Of a stretch of DNA of 64,000 bases, positions 53,901 to 64,000 are shown piece by piece; position 1 is the first letter of the stretch, and each line of letters opens with the position of its first letter. Below the pieces are notes generated by a model. It saw only the letters and a program-made list of their open reading frames with translations. It searched no databases and was not told where the DNA came from. The DNA comes from Eledone cirrhosa (taxonomy: Eukaryota): contig OZ024743.1 of NCBI GenBank assembly GCA_964016885.1, forward strand, positions 236,406,001 to 236,470,000, in the 5' to 3' direction. The position numbers were made by a program, and so were the translations under genes.

Positions 53901-56900
53901 CCTATACTACGGATTGTATGTTCCTTCAGTCAATCTCCTATACTACTGGTTGTATGTTCCTTCAGTCAATCTCCTATACTACTGGTTGTATGTTCCTTCA
54001 ATCAATCTCCTATACTACAGGTTGTATGTACCTTCAGTCAATCTCCTATACTACGGGTTGTATGTTCCTTCAGTCAATCTCCTATACTACTCGTTGTATG
54101 TTCCTTCAGTCAATCTCCTATACTACGGGTTGTATGTTCCTTCAGTCAATCTCCTATACTACGGGTTGTATGTTCCTTCAGTCAATCTCCTATACTACGG
54201 GTTGTATGTTCCTTCAGTCAATCTCCTATACTACGGGTTGTATGTTCCTTCAGTCAATCTCCTATACTACGGGTTGTATGTTCCTTCAGTCAATCTCCTA
54301 TTCTACGGGTTGTATGTTCCTTCAGTCAATCTCCTATACTACAGGTTGTATGTTCCTTCAGTCAATCTCCTATACTACGGGTTGTATGTTCCTTCAGTCA
54401 ATCTCCTATTATACGGGTTGTATGTTCCTTCAGTCAATCTCCTATACTACTGGTTGTATGTTCCTTCAGTCAATCTCCTATACTACGGGTTGTATGTTCC
54501 TTCAGTCAATCTCCTATACTACGGGTTGTATGTTCCTTCAGTCAATCTCCTATACTACAGGTTGTATGTTCCTTCAGTCAATCTCCTATACTACTGATTG
54601 TATGTTCCTTCAGTCAATCTCCTATACTACGGGTTGTATGTTCCTTCAGTCAATCTCCTATACTACAGGTTGTATGTTCCTTCAGTCAATCTCCTATACT
54701 ACTGGTTGTATGTTCCTTCAGTCAATCTCCTATACTACTGGTTGTATGTTCCTTCAATCAATCTCCTATACTACAGGTTGTATGTACCTTCAGTCAATCT
54801 CCTATACTACGGGTTGTATGTTCCTTCAGTCAATCTCCTATACTACTCGTTGTATGTTCCTTCAGTCAATCTCCTATTCTACGGGATGTATGTTCCTTCA
54901 GTCAATCTCCTATACTACAGGTTGTATGTTCCTTCAGTCAATCTCCTATACTACGGGTTGTATGTTCCTTCAGTCAATCTCCTATTATACGGGTTGTATG
55001 TTCCTTCAGTCAATCTCCTATACTACTGGTTGTATGTTCCTTCAGTCAATCTCCTATACTACGGGTTGTATGTTCCTTCAGTCAATCTCCTATACTACGG
55101 GTTGTATGTTCCTTCAGTCAATCTCCTATACTACAGGTTGTATGTTCCTTCAGTCAATCTCCTATACTACTGATTGTATGTTCCTTCAGTCAATCTCCTA
55201 TACTACGGGTTGTATGTTCCTTCAGTCAATCTCCTATACTACAGGTTGTATGTTCCTTCAGTCAATCCCCTATACTACTGGTTGTATATTCCTTCAGTCA
55301 ATCCCCTATACTACTGGTTGTATATTCCTTCAGTCAATCTCCTATACTACTGGTTGTATGTTCCTTCAGTCAATCTCCTATACTACAGGTTGTATGTTCC
55401 TTCAGTCAATCTCTTATAAAACTGGTTGTATGTTCCTTCAGTCAATCTCCTATACTACTGGTTGTATGTTGCTTCAGTCAATATCCTATACTACTGGTTG
55501 TATGTTCCTTCAGTCAATCTCCTATAATACTGGTTGTATGTTCCTTCAGTCAATCTCCTATAATACTGGTTGTATGTTCCTTCAGTCAATCTCCTATACT
55601 ACTGGTTGTATATTCCTTCAGTTAATCTACTATACTACTGGTTGTATATTCCTTCAGTCAATCTCCTATACTACTGGTTGTATGTTCCTTCAGTCAATCT
55701 CCTATACTACAGGTTGTATGTACCTTCAGTCAATCTCCTATACTACTGGTTGTATGTTCCTTCAGTCAATCTCCTATACTACGGGTTGTATGTTCCTTCA
55801 GTCAATCTCCTATACTACGGGTTGTAAGTTCCTTCAGTCAATCTCCTATACTACGGGTTGTATGTTCCTTCAGTCAATCTCCTATACTACTGGTTGTATG
55901 TTCCTTCAGTCAATCTCCTATACTACGGATTGTATGTTCCTTCAGTCAATCTCCTATACTACTGGTTGTATGTTCCTTCAGTCAATCTCCTATACTACTG
56001 GTTGTATGTTCCTTCAATCAATCTCCTATACTACAGGTTGTATGTACCTTCAGTCAATCTCCTATACTACGGGTTGTATGTTCCTTCAGTCAATCTCCTA
56101 TACTACTCGTTGTATGTTCCTTCAGTCAATCTCCTATACTACGGGTTGTATGTTCCTTCAGTCAATCTCCTATACTACGGGTTGTATGTTCCTTCAGTCA
56201 ATCTCCTATACTACGGGTTGTATGTTCCTTAAGTCAATCCCCTATACTACGGGTTGTATGTTCCTTCAGTCAATCTCCTATACTACGGGTTGTATGTTCC
56301 TTCAGTCAATCTCCTATTCTACGGGTTGTATGTTCCTTCAGTCAATCTCCTATACTACAGGTTGTATGTTCCTTCAGTCAATCTCCTATACTACTGGTTG
56401 TATGTTCCTTCAGTCAATCTCCTATACTACTGGTTGTATGTTCCTTCAGTCAATCTCCTATACTACTGGTTGTATATTCCTTCAGTCAATCTCCTATACT
56501 ACAGGTTGTATGTTCCTTCAGTCAATCTCCTATACTACTGGTTGTATGTTCCTTCAGTCAATCTCCTATACTACGGATTGTATGTTCCTTCAGTCAATCC
56601 CCAATACTACTGGTTGTATGTTCCTTCAGTCAATCTCCTATACTACGGGTTGTATGTTCCTTCAGTCAATCTCCTATACTACTGGTTGTATGTTCCTTCA
56701 GTCAATCTCCTATACTACGGATTGTATGTTCCTTCAGTCAATCTCCTATACTACTGGTTGTATGTTCCTTCAGTCAATCTCCTATACTACTGGTTGTATG
56801 TTCCTTCAATCAATCTCCTATACTACAGGTTGTATGTACCTTCAGTCAATCTCCTATACTACGGGTTGTATGTTCCTTCAGTCAATCTCCTATACTACTC

Positions 56901-59900
56901 GTTGTATGTTCCTTCAGTCAATCTCCTATACTACGGGTTGTATGTTCCTTCAGTCAATCTCCTATACTACGGGTTGTATGTTCCTTCAGTCAATCTCCTA
57001 TACTACGGGTTGTATGTTCCTTAAGTCAATCCCCTATACTACGGGTTGTATGTTCCTTCAGTCAATCTCCTATACTACGGGTTGTATGTTCCTTCAGTCA
57101 ATCTCCTATTCTACGGGTTGTATGTTCCTTCAGTCAATCTCCTATACTACAGGTTGTATGTTCCTTCAGTCAATCTCCTATACTACTGGTTGTATGTTCC
57201 TTCAGTCAATCTCCTATACTACTGGTTGTATGTTCCTTCAGTCAATCTCCTATACTACTGGTTGTATATTCCTTCAGTCAATCTCCTATACTACAGGTTG
57301 TATGTTCCTTCAGTCAATCTCCTATACTACTGGTTGTATGTTCCTTCAGTCAATCTCCTATACTACGGATTGTATGTTCCTTCAGTCAATCCCCAATACT
57401 ACTGGTTGTATGTTCCTTCAGTCAATCTCCTATACAACTGGTTGTATATTCCTTCAGTCAATCTCCTATACTACTGGTTGTATGTTCCTTCAGTCAATAT
57501 CCTATACTACGGGTTGTATGTTCCTTCAGTCAATCTCCTATTATACGGGTTGTATGTTCCTTCAGTCAATCTCCTATACTACTGGTTGTATGTTCCTTCA
57601 GTCAATCTCCTATACTACGGGTTGTATGTTCCTTCAGTCAATCTCCTATACTACGGGTTGTATGTTCCTTCAGTCAATCTCCTATACTACAGGTTGTATG
57701 TTCCTTCAGTCAATCTCCTATACTACTGGTTGTATGTTCCTTCAGTCAATCTCCTATACTACAGGTTGTATGTTCCTTCAGTCAATCTCCTATACTACTG
57801 GTTGTATATTCCTTCAGTCAATCTCCTATACTACAGGTTGTATGTTCCTTCAGTCAATCTCCTATACTACTGGTTGTATGTTCCTTCAGTCAATCTCGTA
57901 TACTACGGGTTGTATGTTCCTTCAGTCAATCTCCTATAATACAGGTTGTATGTTCCTTCAGTCAATCCCCTATACTACTGGTTGTATATTCCTTCAGTCA
58001 ATCTCCTGTACTACTGGTTGTATGTTCCTTCAGTCAATCTCCTATACTACAGGTTGTATATTCCTTCAGTCAATCTCCTATACTACAGGTTGTATGTTCC
58101 TTCAGTCAATCTCCTATACTACAGGTTGTATATTCCTTCAGTCAATCTCCTATACTACTGGTTGTATGTTCCTTCAGTCAATCTCCTATACTACGGGTTG
58201 TATGTTCCTTAAGTCAATCCCCTATACTACGGGTTGTATGTTCCTTCAGTCAATCTCCTATACTACGGGTTGTATGTTCCTTCAGTCAATCTCCTATTCT
58301 ACGGGTTGTATGTTCCTTCAGTCAATCTCCTATACTACAGGTTGTATGTTCCTTCAGTCAATCTCCTATACTACTGGTTGTATGTTCCTTCAGTCAATCT
58401 CTTATACTACTGGTTGTATGTTCCTTCAGTCAATCTCCTATACTACAGGTTGTATGTACCTTCAGTCAATCTCCTATACTACGGGTTGTATGTTCCTTCA
58501 GTCAATCTCCTATACTACTGGTTGTATGTTCCCTCAGTCAATCTCCTATACTACGGGTTGTATGTTCCTTCAGTCAATCTCCTATACTACGGGTTGTATG
58601 TTCCTTCAGTCAATCTCCTATACTACGGGTTGTAAGTTCCTTCAGTCAATCTCCTATACTACGGGTTGTATGTTCCTTCAGTCAATCTCCTATACTACTG
58701 GTTGTATGTTCCTTCAGTCAATCTCCTATACTACGGATTGTATGTTCCTTCAGTCAATCTCCTATACTACTGGTTGTATGTTCCTTCAGTCAATCTCCTA
58801 TACTACTGGTTGTATGTTCCTTCAATCAATCTCCTATACTACAGGTTGTATGTACCTTCAGTCAATCTCCTATACTACGGGTTGTATGTTCCTTCAGTCA
58901 ATCTCCTATACTACTCGTTGTATGTTCCTTCAGTCAATCTCCTATACTACGGGTTGTATGTTCCTTCAGTCAATCTCCTATACTACGGGTTGTATGTTCC
59001 TTCAGTCAATCTCCTATACTACGGGTTGTATGTTCCTTCAGTCAATCTCCTATACTACGGGTTGTATGTTCCTTCAGTCAATCTCCTATACTACGGGTTG
59101 TATGTTCCTTCAGTCAATCTCCTATTCTACGGGTTGTATGTTCCTTCAGTCAATCTCCTATACTACAGGTTGTATGTTCCTTCAGTCAATCTCCTATACT
59201 ACGGGTTGTATGTTCCTTCAGTCAATCTCCTATTATACGGGTTGTATGTTCCTTCAGTCAATCTCCTATACTACTGGTTGTATGTTCCTTCAGTCAATCT
59301 CCTATACTACGGGTTGTATGTTCCTTCAGTCAATCTCCTATACTACGGGTTGTATGTTCCTTCAGTCAATCTCCTATACTACAGGTTGTATGTTCCTTCA
59401 GTCAATCTCCTATACTACTGATTGTATGTTCCTTCAGTCAATCTCCTATACTACGGGTTGTATGTTCCTTCAGTCAATCTCCTATACTACAGGTTGTATG
59501 TTCCTTCAGTCAATCCCCTATACTACTGGTTGTATATTCCTTCAGTCAATCCCCTATACTACTGGTTGTATATTCCTTCAGTCAATCTCCTATACTACTG
59601 GTTGTATGTTCCTTCAGTCAATCTCCTATACTACAGGTTGTATGTTCCTTCAGTCAATCTCTTATAAAACTGGTTGTATGTTCCTTCAGTCAATCTCCTA
59701 TACTACTGGTTGTATGTTGCTTCAGTCAATATCCTATACTACTGGTTGTATGTTCCTTCAGTCAATCTCCTATAATACTGGTTGTATGTTCCTTCAGTCA
59801 ATCTCCTATAATACTGGTTGTATGTTCCTTCAGTCAATCTCCTATACTACTGGTTGTATATTCCTTCAGTTAATCTACTATACTACTGGTTGTATATTCC

Positions 59901-62900
59901 TTCAGTCAATCTCCTATACTACTGGTTGTATGTTCCTTCAGTCAATCTCCTATACTACAGGTTGTATGTACCTTCAGTCAATCTCCTATACTACGGGTTG
60001 TATGTTCCTTCAGTCAATCTCCTATACTACTGGTTGTATGTTCCTTCAGTCAATCTCCTATACTACGGGTTGTATGTACCTTCAGTCAATCTCCTATACT
60101 ACGGGTTGTATGTTCCTTCAGTCAATCTCTTATACTACTGGTTGTATGTTCCTTCAGTCAATCTCCTATACTACAGGTTGTATGTACCTTCAGTCAATCT
60201 CCTATACTACGGGTTGTATGTTCCTTCAGTCAATCTCCTATACTACTGGTTGTATGTTCCTTCAGTCAATCTCCTATACTACGGGTTGTATGTTCCTTCA
60301 GTCAATCTCCTATACTACGGGTTGTATGTTCCTTCAGTCAATCTCCTATACTACGGGTTGTAAGTTCCTTCAGTCAATCTCCTATACTACGGGTTGTATG
60401 TTCCTTCAGTCAATCTCCTATACTACTGGTTGTATGTTCCTTCAGTCAATCTCCTATACTACGGATTGTATGTTCCTTCAGTCAATCTCCTATACTACTG
60501 GTTGTATGTTCCTTCAGTCAATCTCCTATACTACTGGTTGTATGTTCCTTCAATCAATCTCCTATACTACAGGTTGTATGTACCTTCAGTCAATCTCCTA
60601 TACTACGGGTTGTATGTTCCTTCAGTCAATCTCCTATACTACTCGTTGTATGTTCCTTCAGTCAATCTCCTATACTACGGGTTGTATGTTCCTTCAGTCA
60701 ATCTCCTATACTACGGGTTGTATGTTCCTTCAGTCAATCTCCTATACTACGGGTTGTATGTTCCTTAAGTCAATCCCCTATACTACGGGTTGTATGTTCC
60801 TTCAGTCAATCTCCTATACTACGGGTTGTATGTTCCTTCAGTCAATCTCCTATTCTACGGGTTGTATGTTCCTTCAGTCAATCTCCTATACTACAGGTTG
60901 TATGTTCCTTCAGTCAATCTCCTATACTACTGGTTGTATGTTCCTTCAGTCAATCTCCTATACTACTGGTTGTATGTTCCTTCAGTCAATCTCCTATACT
61001 ACTGGTTGTATATTCCTTCAGTCAATCTCCTATACTACAGGTTGTATGTTCCTTCAGTCAATCTCCTATACTACTGGTTGTATGTTCCTTCAGTCAATCT
61101 CCTATACTACGGATTGTATGTTCCTTCAGTCAATCCCCAATACTACTGGTTGTATGTTCCTTCAGTCAATCTCCTATACAACTGGTTGTATATTCCTTCA
61201 GTCAATCTCCTATACTACTGGTTGTATGTTCCTTCAGTCAATATCCTATACTACGGGTTGTATGTTCCTTCAGTCAATCTCCTATTATACGGGTTGTATG
61301 TTCCTTCAGTCAATCTCCTATACTACTGGTTGTATGTTCCTTCAGTCAATCTCCTATACTACGGGTTGTATGTTCCTTCAGTCAATCTCCTATACTACGG
61401 GTTGTATGTTCCTTCAGTCAATCTCCTATACTACAGGTTGTATGTTCCTTCAGTCAATCTCCTATACTACTGGTTGTATGTTCCTTCAGTCAATCTCCTA
61501 TACTACAGGTTGTATGTTCCTTCAGTCAATCTCCTATACTACTGGTTGTATATTCCTTCAGTCAATCTCCTATACTACAGGTTGTATGTTCCTTCAGTCA
61601 ATCTCCTATACTACTGGTTGTATGTTCCTTCAGTCAATCTCCTATACTACGGGTTGTATGTTCCTTCAGTCAATCTCCTATAATACAGGTTGTATGTTCC
61701 TTCAGTCAATCCCCTATACTACTGGTTGTATATTCCTTCAGTCAATCTCCTGTACTACTGGTTGTATGTTCCTTCAGTCAATCTCCTATACTACAGGTTG
61801 TATATTCCTTCAGTCAATCTCCTATACTACAGGTTGTATGTTCCTTCAGTCAATCTCCTATACTACAGGTTGTATATTCCTTCAGTCAATCTCCTATACT
61901 ACAGGTTGTATGTTCCTTCAGTCAAACTCCTATACTACTGGTTGTATATTCCTTCAGTCAATCTCCTATACTACTGGTTGTATATTCCTTCGGTCAATCT
62001 CCTATACTACAGGTTGTATATTCCTTCAGTTAATCTCCTATACTACGGGTTGTATATTCCTTCAGTCAATCTCCTATACTACAGGTTGTATGTTCCTTCA
62101 GTCAATCTCCTATAATATGGATTGTATGTTCCTGCAGTCAATCTCCTATACTACTGGTTGTATGTTCCTTCAGTCAATCTCCTATACTACGGGTTGTATG
62201 ATCCTTCAGTCAATCTCCTATACTACAGGTTGTATGTTCCTTCAGTCAATCTCCTATACTACAGGTTGTATGTTCCTTCAGTCAATCTCCTATACTACAG
62301 GTTGTATGTTCCTTCAGTCAATCTCCTATACTACTGGTTGTATGTTCCTTCAGTCAATCTCCTATACTACGGATTGTATGTTCCTTCAGTCAATCCCCAA
62401 TACTACTGGTTGTATGTTCCTTCAGTCAATCTCCTATACAACTGGTTGTATATTCCTTCAGTCAATCTCCTATACTACTGGTTGTATGTTCCTTCAGTCA
62501 ATCTCCTATACTACAGGTTGTATATTCCTTCAGTCAATCTCCTATACTACAGGTTGTATGTTCCTTCAGTCAATCTCCTATACTACAGGTTGTATATTCC
62601 TTCAGTCAATCTCCTATACTACATGTTGTATGTTCCTTCAGTCAATCTCATATACTACTGGTCGTATATTCCTTCAGTCAATCTCCTATACTACAGGTTG
62701 TATATTCCTTCAGTCAATCTCCTATACTACAGGCTGTAAGTTCCTTCAGTCAATCTCCTATACTACTGGTTGTATATTCCTTCAGTTAATCTCCTATACT
62801 ACTGGTTGTATGTTCCTTCAGTCAATCTCCTATACTACTGGTGGTATGTTCCTTCAGTCAATCTCCTATACTACTGGTTGTATATTCCTTCAGTCAATCT

Positions 62901-64000
62901 CCTATACTACAGGTTGTATATTCCTTCAGTTAATCTCCTATACTACTGGTTGTAGGTTCCTTCAGTTAATCTCCTATACTACTGGTTGTATGTTCCTTCA
63001 GTCAATCTCCTATACTACAGGTTGAATATTCCTTCAGTCAATCTCCTATACTACTGGTTGTATGTTCCTTCAGTCAATCTCCTATACTACGGATTGTATG
63101 TTCCTTCAGTCAATCTCCTATACTACTGGTTGTATGTTCCTTCAGTCAATCTCCTATATTACGGATTGTATGTTCCTTCAGTCAATCTCCTATACTACTG
63201 GTTGTATGTTCCTTCAGTCAATCTCCTATACTACTGGTTGTATGTTCCTTCAATCGATCTCCTATACTACAGGTTGTATGTACCTTCAGTCAATCTCCTA
63301 TACTACGGGTTGTATGTTCCTTCAGTCAATCTCCTATACTACTCGTTGTATGTTCCTTCAGTCAATCTCCTATACTACGGGTTGTATGTTCCTTCAGTCA
63401 ATCTCCTATACTACGGGTTGTATGTTCCTTCAGTCAATCTCCTATACTACGGGTTGTATGTTCCTTAAGTCAATCCCCTATACTACGGGTTGTATGTTCC
63501 TTCAGTCAATCTCCTATACTACGGGTTGTATGTTCCTTCAGTCAATCTCCTATTCTACGGGTTGTATGTTCCTTCAGTCAATCTCCTATACTACAGGTTG
63601 TATGTTCCTTCAGTCAATCTCCTATACTACTGGTTGTATGTTCCTTCAGTCAATCTCCTATACTACTGGTTGTATGTTCCTTCAGTCAATCTCCTATACT
63701 ACTGGTTGTATATTCCTTCAGTCAATCTCCTATACTACAGGTTGTATGTTCCTTCAGTCAATCTCCTATACTACTGGTTGTATGTTCCTTCAGTCAATGT
63801 CCTATACTACGGATTGTATGTTCCTTCAGTCAATCCCCAATACTACTGGTTGTATGTTCCTTCAGTCAATCTCCTATACAACTGGTTGTATATTCCTTCA
63901 GTCAATCTCCTATACTACTGGTTGTATGTTCCTTCAGTCAATATCCTATACTACGGGTTGTATGTTCCTTCAGTCAATCTCCTATTATACGGGTTGTATG
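17921..64000. repeat. 36-bp satellite array, ~1280 monomers, consensus TGTTCCTTCAGTCAATCTCCTATACTAC(T/G/A)GGTTGTA; open at the right edge
   Basis: Strict 36-bp period throughout; only substitution variants plus one visible 2-bp deletion at ~42290. Confidence 0.99.

Noticed and set aside
17952-63468. Dozens of YVPSVNLLYYGL and VCSFSQSPILLV ORFs as genes
   Set aside because: They are alternative frames of the same stop-free 36-bp monomer; the minus strand has stops in all three frames
17921-64000. CRISPR array (36-bp repeats)
   Set aside because: Repeats are head-to-tail with no unique spacers, there are no cas genes, and the context is eukaryotic

Overview
Repeat-rich, AT-rich eukaryotic (probably invertebrate animal) DNA with no recognisable host gene. 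About 72% of the window (17921-64000, running off the right edge) is a homogeneous 36-bp satellite of roughly 1280 monomers with kb-scale higher-order structure. Its giant ORFs arise because all three + frames of the monomer are stop-free. The first 18 kb holds two more minisatellites (1-2660 and a 70-bp array at 14986-16647), many (TA)n tracts and a (GGT)n tract. It also holds a decayed GIY-YIG Penelope-like retrotransposon (about 11.2-15.0 kb) with an inverted pLTR segment, a hammerhead ribozyme motif and a long Asn-rich insert, plus two decayed RTE-like LINE relics. The most notable signal is a cluster of minimal hammerhead-ribozyme (HHR) motifs: one intact at 4097-4181 (minus strand) and others near-intact, degenerate or halved. 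Several lie in short non-coding foldback elements next to (TA)n, which suggests non-autonomous Penelope/retrozyme-like elements. All calls are by eye; no searches or folding were run.
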